Shown piece after piece: positions 1 through 7,961 of a stretch of DNA of 64,000 nucleotides. Both the position numbers and the translations under genes were made by a program. The notes beneath the pieces were generated by a model. It did no database searches. It was given only the letters and a program-made list of their open reading frames with translations, and was not told the DNA's origin. Each line of letters begins with the position of its first letter. The first letter of the stretch is position 1. The stretch spans positions 1-64,000 of the IMG/VR virus record IMGVR_UViG_3300042922_001182; one strand, written 5' to 3'.

Positions 1-15
1 ACCAAGGAGGCGACC

Positions 16-519
16 ATGCCCATCTGCGAGTGCTACCCCGGCCACACCTGCGGCACCTGCATGTCGGACATGGAGGCCGACTACGACGAGATGACGACCT
101 ACACCCACTCAAGAGGAGACAACGACATGAGACCCACCAAGCAGGAGATGGAGCGCATCCTCGACGACGGAGTCGTCAAGCTCTTCATCGCCAACGTCCA
201 GTACGGCTTCCCCAAGCAGGTGGCCGAGCGCCCCGTGATGGTGTCCCACCGCCTGTACGGCAAGCAAGAGGACGGCACCCCCGCCCACTACCGGGCGACG
301 GACCTGACGGACGGGGAGGAGCACGACCTGCCCTCCGACTCCTTCGTCGGGCTGAACGTCGACAAGACGCTGACCGACGGGCTGTTCAAGGCCGTGACCG
401 TGATGGCCGTCGAGGGCCTCTTGGAGGAGGTCAAGCGCATGCAGATCAACTCCGGCGAGGACCCCTACCTCCCCAAGCTGGAGCGGCTGGTCGAGGCCAT
501 GAGAGGTCTCCTCCAATGA
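16..519 (+). CDS. Hypothetical protein; paralog of 1072..1443; second in-frame start at 127
   Basis: AAGGAGG before ATG16 and AGAGGAG before ATG127; typical codon bias; shares the motif E(M/I)xx(I/L)LxxGxxK(L/V)(F/W)IA(N/S)V with 1072..1443. Confidence 0.8.
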   Translation: MPICECYPGHTCGTCMSDMEADYDEMTTYTHSRGDNDMRPTKQEMERILDDGVVKLFIANVQYGFPKQVAERPVMVSHRLYGKQEDGTPAHYRATDLTDGEEHDLPSDSFVGLNVDKTLTDGLFKAVTVMAVEGLLEEVKRMQINSGEDPYLPKLERLVEAMRGLLQ

Positions 520-1064
520 ACCGCACCACCCCCTGCTTCGTCCGGGTAAACGAGGGGGAGCCAAAGATCTACGATACGCACACCGTCTACGAGAAGGGCG
601 ATCTGCTGTACCCCGGACCCAGGATGCGGCAGGTCATTGATCTGAGCCTGGAGAGGCTAGGATTCGACCCGCTACCTTGGAAGGCTGATGGCGCTCTGGA
701 GATCCCCGGGCCTAGAAAGGTGGTCTACTCCAACCGCGCTGCTAGCGAGGAGTACGGTTACGACTTCGTATCCATCCTGATGAAGAGGAACCGTGGCCCT
801 GGCGACGTCTACTACATCGAGGCGAGAGGGGGGCGCCGACCGCTCTACGACCTCCGAGTGACCTCTGGCAACGGGAGGGGCTCCGGTCTGAGTGCCGACC
901 TCCGACTCTCCGATGACGGCACCCACTTCATCGTTCTGCCACCCGGTTCCCCCTACGCCCGCGACGTGGGGGGCTTCCCCATGACGGGCGGTAGCAGGGA
1001 ACCGAGTAAGACGGCGCGCACCAGGGCCATCGCGATGATGGAAGCCCTAACGAGAAAGGAATAA
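516..1064 (+). CDS. Hypothetical protein
   Basis: ATGA start/stop overlap with the upstream gene; true start is 516, inside track ORF 30..1064. Confidence 0.7.
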   Translation: MNRTTPCFVRVNEGEPKIYDTHTVYEKGDLLYPGPRMRQVIDLSLERLGFDPLPWKADGALEIPGPRKVVYSNRAASEEYGYDFVSILMKRNRGPGDVYYIEARGGRRPLYDLRVTSGNGRGSGLSADLRLSDDGTHFIVLPPGSPYARDVGGFPMTGGSREPSKTARTRAIAMMEALTRKE

Positions 1065-1071
1065 GAACAGA

Positions 1072-1443
1072 ATGCACGATGAGAAAGAGATCGATAACCT
1101 CCTCCACGAGGGGGAGAAGAAGGTCTGGATCGCCTCGGTCTTCTCAGCCGTGGCCATCGGAGGCGCCACCCAGAAGGTCGTCTACGTCAAGGGGGTGAAC
1201 CACTACGCCTCCGAGGGGACCCAGTGGGACGTGGTGGCCCTGGACACCGGGGACCACCACATCATCCTCACCTCGGCCTTCGAGGAGCCGGTGGAGGACC
1301 AGGAGCGGATCGACCGCTACCAGCGCGAGGCTCAGGCCAGGGCCACCAGGCTGCTGGCGGACCACCTATCCAAGCTCTTCAGGGACAGCGAGCTGAAGGA
1401 GGCCCTGCGCTTCGCCACCGTGGCGGAGGGGCTGATTACCTAA
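1072..1443 (+). CDS. Hypothetical protein; paralog of 16..519
   Basis: GAAAGGA SD, codon bias, similarity to the first ORF. Confidence 0.8.
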   Translation: MHDEKEIDNLLHEGEKKVWIASVFSAVAIGGATQKVVYVKGVNHYASEGTQWDVVALDTGDHHIILTSAFEEPVEDQERIDRYQREAQARATRLLADHLSKLFRDSELKEALRFATVAEGLIT

Positions 1444-1455
1444 CTCCGTTTCAAC

Positions 1456-1465
1456 CACATATCAT
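1456..1465 (+). promoter_or_regulatory. Putative phage early promoter (CACATATCAT)
   Basis: One mismatch to the recurring intergenic motif CACATATTAT. Confidence 0.55.
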
Positions 1466-1557
1466 CATAGCGATCAAGGGTTCTCTGAGTGAACCCGCCC
1501 TATAGTAGTATTAATCACGTCACCCATCATCCCTACTCAGCAACAGGAGGCCCCATC

Positions 1558-1566
1558 ATGAACTAG
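1558..1566 (+). other. Candidate minigene ATG-AAC-TAG (Met-Asn-stop)
   Basis: Perfect AGGAGG at 1545-1550, 7 nt before the ATG; lies between a promoter motif and a hairpin (1594-1620). Confidence 0.4.
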
Positions 1567-1628
1567 CCCGTTCGTCTGTCTAATTGGTCACGAGGGGCGT
1601 CAACACTCCGTTGGCGCCCCGGAAAAAG

Positions 1629-1657
1629 TTGCGCTCCGGCGCGGTTCGTGTTATAAT
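1629..1657 (+). promoter_or_regulatory. Sigma70-like promoter TTGCGC-N17-TATAAT with extended -10 TG
   Basis: TTGCGC 1629-1634, TG 1649-1650, TATAAT 1652-1657, A-tract upstream. Confidence 0.6.
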
Positions 1658-1713
1658 GGGGGGCTCGGGGGACCAACCCCGCCGCCTTATGTTTTTTCTC
1701 AGGGGAGGGAAAT

Positions 1714-2346
1714 TTGAACAGCAAGTACAGTACCGTGTGGCCCCTCGATGGGGCCGTCAAGGGATTCAAGTTGAACAGGGTCTGCTCCTGCCGCCTGGCG
1801 ACCTGCCACCAGTGCGGCCCGCACGCGGTCGACGCCCACCTCCGTGGCTGCTTCAACGGGTTCGACGCCTGCATGGTGCTCCGGGCCGCCCGGGAGCAGG
1901 CCGGGGACCAGCCCTGGTTCCGCGAGTGGGCCAAAGAGCGGTTCTCCTGGGTCGGCGTCCTCATCTCGCACGTCCTCCCGGCGGCGGACATCGGCAAGCT
2001 GCGCTTCCAGAACGACCAGCGCCTCATCGAGGGGGTCATGGAGACCTTCTGCCCCGTCTGCGACGACCCGACGTGGCACAGGCGGATCAACTGCTTCCTC
2101 GACGCGGACAGGGAGATACCAGAGACCCTGCTCCAGTGCTCGACCTGCGGCCACGCCGAGGGGTGGGCCATCCCCCCGGACGCCTACCTGGCCCTGGGGT
2201 CCGGCGTCACCGAGGCCGTGGACGAGCTCGGGTACCGCCACTGCACCGTATGCCACGTCAGGACCGAACACCTCCTGGACGACACCTCGTACACCCGCAA
2301 GGAGACGTGCTGCCGCTGCAAGAGCGTCACCGTCTACCCCCACTAG
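1714..2346 (+). CDS. Multi zinc-ribbon protein
   Basis: TTG start after GGGAGG; CxC/CxxC pairs, including two CxxC...TxH...CxxC units. Confidence 0.8.
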   Translation: MNSKYSTVWPLDGAVKGFKLNRVCSCRLATCHQCGPHAVDAHLRGCFNGFDACMVLRAAREQAGDQPWFREWAKERFSWVGVLISHVLPAADIGKLRFQNDQRLIEGVMETFCPVCDDPTWHRRINCFLDADREIPETLLQCSTCGHAEGWAIPPDAYLALGSGVTEAVDELGYRHCTVCHVRTEHLLDDTSYTRKETCCRCKSVTVYPH

Positions 2347-2362
2347 CCGAGAGGACACGCAA

Positions 2363-3736
2363 TTGAAGCTTGAGCTGATAGACCTGGAGGAGCTGTTCGA
2401 CCCCTCCAGGGTCATCACCAACCCCGAGGGCATCAACAAGAACCAGCAGATGAACCCGGATGGCATCTTCTCCGAGGCCATCTTCGGCAAGCTGGAGCAG
2501 GAGAACAGCTCCTACCAGTGCAACTGCGGCGGCACCGTCGGCAAGTTCAACATCAACCAGACCTGCGCCGAGTGCAAGACCCAGGTACGCCTGTCCGAGC
2601 CCCTGGTCAAGCGCATCGCGTGGATCGACATCGGCGACTACTCGGTGCTCAACCCCAACATATACCGCATCCTGGACCGCATCATGCCCAAGAAGGCGCT
2701 GAGCGTCATCCTGTCCTACGAGGTCAAGCTCACCAAGGAGGGCATCCCCGCCGAGCAGGAGAGCACCCTGACCCCGTTCGACAACATCGGCATCATCGAG
2801 TTCCAGGAGCGCTTCGACGAGATCCTCGCCTGGGCTGCCGACAACAGCAAGGCCAGCCCGAAGGTGATCGAGGAGTGCGTGGAGTTCATCGTGAACAACC
2901 GCGACAAGGCCTTCATCAGCAAGGTCCCCGTGTACAGCAGCGTCCTGCGCCCCGCCCGGATGATGGGCAAGTCGTTCGTCTTCGACGAGGTCAACAACCA
3001 GTACAACGCCCTTCTGCGATCCTCCAACCAGATCAAGGAGGCGGCGTCCGAGGAGCTGACCTACGACTTCGCCCTCCCGCTGCTCTGCAACATGCAGCAG
3101 ATCGCCAACGACATCTTCGAGAAGACCGTCGAGAAGCTCCGGGACAAGGCAGGGTTCATCCGTTCCAGCGTGCTCGGGCGACGCATCAACTTCTCCGCCC
3201 GCTGCGTCATCACGCCGCTCCCTGGCGACCGCCCGGTGGACTCCACCGAGCTGCCGTACCTGGCCTTCCTGGAGCTGTACCGCTTCCAGCTGATCAACCT
3301 GATCTGCCAGGTTAAGCGGGTCAACTCCAAGGCGGCGCTGCGCATCTGGAGCCGGGCCCTCACCAAGTTCGACGCCGAGATCTACGAGCTCATGATGCTC
3401 CTGATCGACCGCACGGAGGGCGGCATCCAGCTGCTCCTGAACCGCAACCCGACGATCAACTTCGGCAGCATCGTGAAGCTCCAGGTGACGCACGTCAAGC
3501 GCGACATCGGGGACTACACGGCGTCCATCCACAACCTCGTCCTGCCCCTCCTGGGCGCGGACTACGACGGCGACACCCTCAACTTCATCCCCCTGCTCGA
3601 CCAGGCCCTCTGCCGCGCCTTCGCGGTGTTCAGCCCCCGCCGCATGCTGGTGGACCGGAACGACGGCTCGTTCAACAAGCAGCTGGGCCTGGACAAGGAC
3701 ATGATCCTGGGCATCCACAGCTTCTGCGCCGAGTAG
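2363..3736 (+). CDS. Phage multisubunit RNA polymerase, beta'-like N-terminal subunit containing the catalytic motif
   Basis: TTG start after GAGGA; DGIFSEAIFG, Zn site CNC...CAEC, GRRINFSARCVI, LLNRNPT, and GADYDGD at ~3554-3574; 457 aa, i.e. a split beta'. Confidence 0.93.
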   Translation: MKLELIDLEELFDPSRVITNPEGINKNQQMNPDGIFSEAIFGKLEQENSSYQCNCGGTVGKFNINQTCAECKTQVRLSEPLVKRIAWIDIGDYSVLNPNIYRILDRIMPKKALSVILSYEVKLTKEGIPAEQESTLTPFDNIGIIEFQERFDEILAWAADNSKASPKVIEECVEFIVNNRDKAFISKVPVYSSVLRPARMMGKSFVFDEVNNQYNALLRSSNQIKEAASEELTYDFALPLLCNMQQIANDIFEKTVEKLRDKAGFIRSSVLGRRINFSARCVITPLPGDRPVDSTELPYLAFLELYRFQLINLICQVKRVNSKAALRIWSRALTKFDAEIYELMMLLIDRTEGGIQLLLNRNPTINFGSIVKLQVTHVKRDIGDYTASIHNLVLPLLGADYDGDTLNFIPLLDQALCRAFAVFSPRRMLVDRNDGSFNKQLGLDKDMILGIHSFCAE

Positions 3737-3740
3737 CGAA

Positions 3741-3782
3741 GTGCGTAGGCCCGCTAGAATCGAATCTAGCGGGCCTACGCAC
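3741..3782. terminator. Perfect 18-bp inverted repeat after the RNAP gene
   Basis: GTGCGTAGGCCCGCTAGA-atcgaa-TCTAGCGGGCCTACGCAC; no U-tract. Confidence 0.6.
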
Positions 3783-3791
3783 ACACATTAT
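3782..3791 (+). promoter_or_regulatory. Putative phage early promoter (CACACATTAT)
   Basis: Motif variant ~35 nt before ATG3827. Confidence 0.55.
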
Positions 3792-3826
3792 CTTTGTGTC
3801 CTGATACGTTATTGGAGGATGATCCC

Positions 3827-4039
3827 ATGAAGCCCAGCACCAACACCGCCGCCCTGGCCGCCGCCCTCCTTGGGGTCGTCATGGCAGCGGACGGCCCCCT
3901 CTACGGCCTCGGCCGATCGCCCGTTGCCAGCTCCCCCTTGGTGGTCTACGGACCCCTCAGGAAGGAGAGGGAGAACCTCAAGAAGCGCGAGTCCCGCAAG
4001 CGCAGCAAGGCCCGCAAGGCCAAGAAAGGCAGCAAGTAA
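3827..4039 (+). CDS. Small protein with hydrophobic N-terminus and very basic tail
   Basis: GGAGG SD before ATG3827; K/R-rich C-terminus. Confidence 0.7.
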   Translation: MKPSTNTAALAAALLGVVMAADGPLYGLGRSPVASSPLVVYGPLRKERENLKKRESRKRSKARKAKKGSK

Positions 4040-4182
4040 TGAACAAGCTCGAAGACGTCGCGGTGGTCGGCCTGGCGGTCGGCTACATGGCCTACAAGAA
4101 GGCCGAGAAGTACCCGGAGATCGCGTTCTGCCTCCTCGTGGTCGGCTACCTGGTGGTAACCGCCTTCGCCGGTCCCTCGTAG
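4039..4182 (+). CDS. 47-aa two-TM membrane protein (not in ORF track)
   Basis: TAATG overlap; MNKLEDVAVVGLAVGYMAYKKAEKYPEIAFCLLVVGYLVVTAFAGPS; typical codon bias. Confidence 0.7.
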   Translation: MNKLEDVAVVGLAVGYMAYKKAEKYPEIAFCLLVVGYLVVTAFAGPS

Positions 4183-4201
4183 GGACCGGCTTTTCTTTTT
4201 T
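4168..4201 (+). terminator. Intrinsic terminator
   Basis: GCCGGTCCCT/AGGGACCGGC stem followed by TTTTCTTTTTT. Confidence 0.8.
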
Positions 4202-4207
4202 GCCGAG

Positions 4208-4219
4208 AACAAGCAGTTA
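4208..4219 (+). promoter_or_regulatory. Putative late promoter AACA-N6-TA
   Basis: AACAagcagtTA, 18 nt before ATG4238. Confidence 0.65.
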
Positions 4220-4237
4220 TGAAGGAAGGAGGGTAGA

Positions 4238-5512
4238 ATGGCAACAGAGAAGGACGTCTACTCCGCCAGGGCGATGACCTCCGTGTCGGCTACCGTCAGC
4301 AGCCTCACGGGGATCCTCGCCAACGACATCCTGGCATCGGTTTTCCCCAAGGGCTTCTTCAAGAAGTTCAAGCCCGGCACCATCAACATCGGCAGCGCCG
4401 GGGCAGAGGACGAGGACGGGGTCCACCACAGCGCCCTGCCCTACCTGGCGATCGACCCCAGGTACGAGGAGCTCCCGGACCCGCTGTTCGACCCCTCGCC
4501 CCAGGCCAACTGGAAGAGCAGCTTCCTGAGCGCCCCGTTCGGCAGGCACTACCAGAAGGTCCTCGACGACCCGATCAACGGCAGGTTCATCTACGCCATC
4601 GGCAAGCGCATGCGGGTCAACTTCGAGGTCACCATCAAGGTGCAGGGCCGCCTGCAGGTCATGAACGTGCTGCACCACCTGATGTCCTCGTTCGAGCCCG
4701 ACGGCATGTTCTACTTCCAGAACGCCCAGCTGGACGCCAACGTCCCGACGCACTTCATGGAGATGCTGATGGACGCGGCGGAGACCGACAGGGAGTCCCC
4801 GGCGTCCGTCGAGGCCTTCCGGAGCTACGTCAGGATGCACAGCAGGCACATGATCGACCGCAAGCGGGACCTGTCGACCGGCAGGGATGTGTACGTCAAC
4901 GGCTTCCGGACCAACGTGCTGTGGAGCATGAACGGCAAGCCCTCCGGCGAGGCCAACCGCAACGGCGGCTCGGAGGACGGGTCCTCGGTGCAGGTGCAGT
5001 TCTCGGCGGAGCTGTGGTACCCCGCCCGCTATCTCCTGGAGATCCTGGCCGACCCGGACTACTGGGTGCCGAGGCACCCCGATTACGTCCCCGGCGTGGA
5101 CGACCCGGCGGACGGGCCCGGCGACTTCACCTTCCAGTTCAACGCCCAGCGCACCACCATCCCCACCGTCAGCGACGGCAAGTCCCTGGTGGAGAAGGTC
5201 GGGTTCGTAACGGAGGCCGAGGGCGACACGGACACGGTGCCGCTGGACGACGGCGTCCTGCCCGAGACCGCGCTGTACGTCATGAGGTACAACGTCGAGA
5301 AGGGATACGACAACTCCCTGTGCTTCGGGCACCTGCTGCTCAAGGACGGCGAGGAGCTGGACCCGGCCCTGGACTACGAGGTCAGCTACGAGGACAGGCT
5401 CCTCACGCTGTCCCAGCCGTTCCGTGGCTACCCCTACATCCTGGCGTTCTACGCGGACATCCCTAAGGTCAAGGAGAGGTACGACCTCGCCGTGGCAGAG
5501 GGCTTCGAGTAA
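4238..5512 (+). CDS. Hypothetical protein, probably late/virion structural
   Basis: 424 aa, strong AGGAGG SD, preceded by the late-type promoter. Confidence 0.75.
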   Translation: MATEKDVYSARAMTSVSATVSSLTGILANDILASVFPKGFFKKFKPGTINIGSAGAEDEDGVHHSALPYLAIDPRYEELPDPLFDPSPQANWKSSFLSAPFGRHYQKVLDDPINGRFIYAIGKRMRVNFEVTIKVQGRLQVMNVLHHLMSSFEPDGMFYFQNAQLDANVPTHFMEMLMDAAETDRESPASVEAFRSYVRMHSRHMIDRKRDLSTGRDVYVNGFRTNVLWSMNGKPSGEANRNGGSEDGSSVQVQFSAELWYPARYLLEILADPDYWVPRHPDYVPGVDDPADGPGDFTFQFNAQRTTIPTVSDGKSLVEKVGFVTEAEGDTDTVPLDDGVLPETALYVMRYNVEKGYDNSLCFGHLLLKDGEELDPALDYEVSYEDRLLTLSQPFRGYPYILAFYADIPKVKERYDLAVAEGFE

Positions 5513-5515
5513 AGA

Positions 5516-5551
5516 GATGAGAGCAACGACCGCTTGGTCGTTGCTCTCATC
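5516..5551. terminator. Hairpin between convergent genes
   Basis: 16-bp perfect stem GATGAGAGCAACGACC-gctt-GGTCGTTGCTCTCATC. Confidence 0.75.
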
Positions 5552-5559
5552 GTCATCTC

Positions 5560-6255
5560 TTAGAACCTGATCCTGCCACCGGCGCCGACGTACGGCGTGA
5601 TGCCGGACCCGTCGAAGCCGAGGCTGAGGCCGCCCGTGACGAACAGGGGTGTCTCGGGGATCACGACGGAGACGCCCGCCCCCACCTGGGAGAAGTTCAT
5701 CTGCAAGTCGATAGACGCCTCTGGCAGCGCCCCGGGGATGTCCTGACGGACGAGCTGGTAGTCGACGAACACGAGACCGCGCACCACGCCCACGCCGAGG
5801 CCCCACCGGGTCGGGTCGGACAGGTCGGAGCCCGAGGGGCCGAACCTGGGGCCGCTCACGGTCGGGGTGGTGGGGGGAGCACTGGGGGTAACGACCGCAG
5901 CACCAGCCCCCGCGTCGGACCCGGAGGTGGCCGTCTGGTCCTGCTCCACCTCGATCTCCATGTAGGGGACCGGGGTGGCGTGGAGCACGACGCCGTCCTC
6001 CACGTTCGGGATGACGGGGGCGCTGGACCCCTCCGGGGCCGGGGTGGCGACGCGGGTGAGCGGCACGCGGATGACCACCCGCTGCTTGCCGGTGGCGGTG
6101 GCCTGGGCCTTCGCCTGGGCGGACGCCTCGACGGTGGGGACCGGCGGGGCCGACGGGGAGGCGACGGGGGCGGGTCCGGGCTGGGCGAGCAGCACGAACA
6201 GAGCCACCACCGCAGCGGCAGCCGCCGCCAACCAGAGGTAGACCTTCTTGTCCAT
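5560..6255 (-). CDS. Spanin-like membrane protein: N-terminal TM, Pro/Ala linker, beta-strand C-terminus ending in Phe
   Basis: TM at aa ~5-24; C-terminal RWGLGVGV...ITPYVGAGGRIRF; adjacent to holin-like genes. Confidence 0.6.
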   Translation of the reverse strand: MDKKVYLWLAAAAAAVVALFVLLAQPGPAPVASPSAPPVPTVEASAQAKAQATATGKQRVVIRVPLTRVATPAPEGSSAPVIPNVEDGVVLHATPVPYMEIEVEQDQTATSGSDAGAGAAVVTPSAPPTTPTVSGPRFGPSGSDLSDPTRWGLGVGVVRGLVFVDYQLVRQDIPGALPEASIDLQMNFSQVGAGVSVVIPETPLFVTGGLSLGFDGSGITPYVGAGGRIRF

Positions 6256-6281
6256 AACGTTCTCCTTCTCTTCTGGGATGC

Positions 6282-6293
6282 TATCAAAGTGTT
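6282..6293 (-). promoter_or_regulatory. Putative late promoter AACA-N6-TA
   Basis: Minus strand AACActttgaTA, 26 nt before start 6255. Confidence 0.65.
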
Positions 6294-6335
6294 AGGCGCG
6301 ATCGGGGGTTACCCGATCGCGCTCTGATTTTGTCC

Positions 6336-6578
6336 TTAGCCGTCCTGGGGGACGTCGGCCTGCTGGGCCGCCGCCTGGCGCTCGTCGGCCCTCTCCTTGA
6401 AGTAGAAGGCGATGACGGCACCGGCCAGGGCGAGGATGCCCTCGCTGGTGGGGCGACCGTTGACCTCGTTGATGAACACGGGCGCGACCAGGCCCAGGGC
6501 CAGGAGGCCCCTCACGGAGCCCTTGGGTAGACCGAGGGGCTCCGTGCTGTTGAAGATGCGCTTGAACTTGGCGACCAT
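6336..6578 (-). CDS. Small two-TM holin-like protein
   Basis: 80 aa; PLGLPKGSVRGLLAL motif, two hydrophobic segments, charged tail. Confidence 0.6.
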   Translation of the reverse strand: MVAKFKRIFNSTEPLGLPKGSVRGLLALGLVAPVFINEVNGRPTSEGILALAGAVIAFYFKERADERQAAAQQADVPQDG

Positions 6579-6587
6579 GATTCCCTC

Positions 6588-7271
6588 CTACTTGAAAAGC
6601 TTCTCGGAGATGCTGGGCCAGGCCGCCCAGAGACCGGCCACGCCGGTGGCGACGATGCCAGCGCCCTTGGCGGCGATCTCCAGGGCCTTGCTGGAGCCGA
6701 GGAACGCCTTGACGACCTCGACCTTGCCCGCGCCCTCCTCGGCGTCCTTCTTGTCCTTCTTGCCCTTGGCGGCGGCCTCCTCGGCCTTCCTCTCGGCGAG
6801 GGCCTGGGCCTCCTCGGCCTTGGCAACGCGGTCTTCGAGGAGGTCCTCCTTCCAGTCTTCGAGGACGGCGGTCCTCTCGACGAGGGTGTTGACGATCTCG
6901 GTGAGGGGTTCGAGGCGGGCGATCTTGCCCTCGTGCTCCATGATGTGCTCGAACGCGCTGTTCTGCTTCTCCACGAGCTTCTCGATGGAGGAGGTCAGCC
7001 TGGAGATCTCCTTCAGGGACTGGGCCTGCATGAAGGACAGCTCCTTCACCTCCTGGAGGAGGCCCTTGCCCATGTTGTCGATGCCGCCGCTGTAGAGCTC
7101 TATGAGCTTCGCGACGCTCTTGCTGAGGTCGTGGACGTCCCCGGCGGTCTCGTCCTCGTGCTTCGCCTGCCTCTTCGCCAGCGTCTGAACGACCATCAAG
7201 ATGTCCTTGGTCGAGACGCCGTCATCCGGAGTGGCGCCAGTACGGTCGCCCTTCTTGTTACTTCCAGCCAT
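6588..7271 (-). CDS. Coiled-coil protein with C-terminal TM (holin/antiholin-like)
   Basis: Heptad-rich helical body; C-terminal GAGIVATGVAGLWAAWP. Confidence 0.55.
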   Translation of the reverse strand: MAGSNKKGDRTGATPDDGVSTKDILMVVQTLAKRQAKHEDETAGDVHDLSKSVAKLIELYSGGIDNMGKGLLQEVKELSFMQAQSLKEISRLTSSIEKLVEKQNSAFEHIMEHEGKIARLEPLTEIVNTLVERTAVLEDWKEDLLEDRVAKAEEAQALAERKAEEAAAKGKKDKKDAEEGAGKVEVVKAFLGSSKALEIAAKGAGIVATGVAGLWAAWPSISEKLFK

Positions 7272-7355
7272 TCGTCAATACCCCGCTAACTCTGGCCCAC
7301 CGGGAACCACCCCGTGGCAACCCACCCAACGGGCCCCTAGCATGAAGCGGGGCGC

Positions 7356-7367
7356 TATCGTAGTGTT
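7356..7367 (-). promoter_or_regulatory. Putative late promoter AACA-N6-TA
   Basis: Minus strand AACActacgaTA upstream of start 7271. Confidence 0.6.
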
Positions 7368-7421
7368 CTCAAGGAAAACCGGGAAAATCGGGGCATGGGC
7401 AGACGCCCATGCCCCGCGCCC

Positions 7422-7946
7422 CTAGACGGGGCTACTCGGATCGTGCTGCAGCTCGTAGCTGGTCTTGTAGATCTGACCGAAATAGGCGACCGCTTCATCC
7501 ATGCGGTTCCAGTACCGCAGGCCGTTGGTGTCCACGGTCCCCAGCGTTCCGTCCGGTCGGAGAAAGCGGCAGATAACGTGGCTCATCTTCAGGCCCGGGT
7601 CGACGATCACCATGAGCTCGGACTCCCAGCCCATCTCCTCGAAGAGGCGTCTGGCGAGCTCTGCATAGTCGTCGCAGTCGATCATGGGCCACCAGTACTT
7701 TTCCTTGCCCTTCTTCCTAGCCCGTAGAATATGGTAGTAGCTCCGTTCAGCCCTCTGGACGAAGTCCAGCATGCCGAAGGGACCATCGCCCGTGTACTTG
7801 AGCTCCTGGATCAGGGAATTGACGTCGTACTCGTTGGAGAGGACGGGGAGGGTCGCCCTCTGCCAGAAGAGAATGGTCGCGATGAGGAACGACCACAGCT
7901 TCTTGGCACGCAGGTAGACCTGCGATAGTTGCTTTGGTTGGAACAT
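7422..7946 (-). CDS. Transglutaminase-like (Cys-His-Asp) peptidase
   Basis: DCDDYA motif, downstream SHVIC and VDTNG. Confidence 0.65.
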   Translation of the reverse strand: MFQPKQLSQVYLRAKKLWSFLIATILFWQRATLPVLSNEYDVNSLIQELKYTGDGPFGMLDFVQRAERSYYHILRARKKGKEKYWWPMIDCDDYAELARRLFEEMGWESELMVIVDPGLKMSHVICRFLRPDGTLGTVDTNGLRYWNRMDEAVAYFGQIYKTSYELQHDPSSPV

Positions 7947-7961
7947 TGATACGGCTCCTTT

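Noticed and set aside
1602-1613. AACA-N6-TG match (AACActccgtTG)
   Set aside because: It lies within a hairpin (1594-1620) and a better sigma70-like promoter is adjacent; not counted among the late promoters
1844-2362. N-terminal extensions in track ORFs (e.g. 1844 for RNAP, 36837 for the helicase, 18889, 30634, 51451, 46575)
   Set aside because: Low-complexity off-frame translations overlapping other genes or promoters; SD-supported downstream starts were used instead
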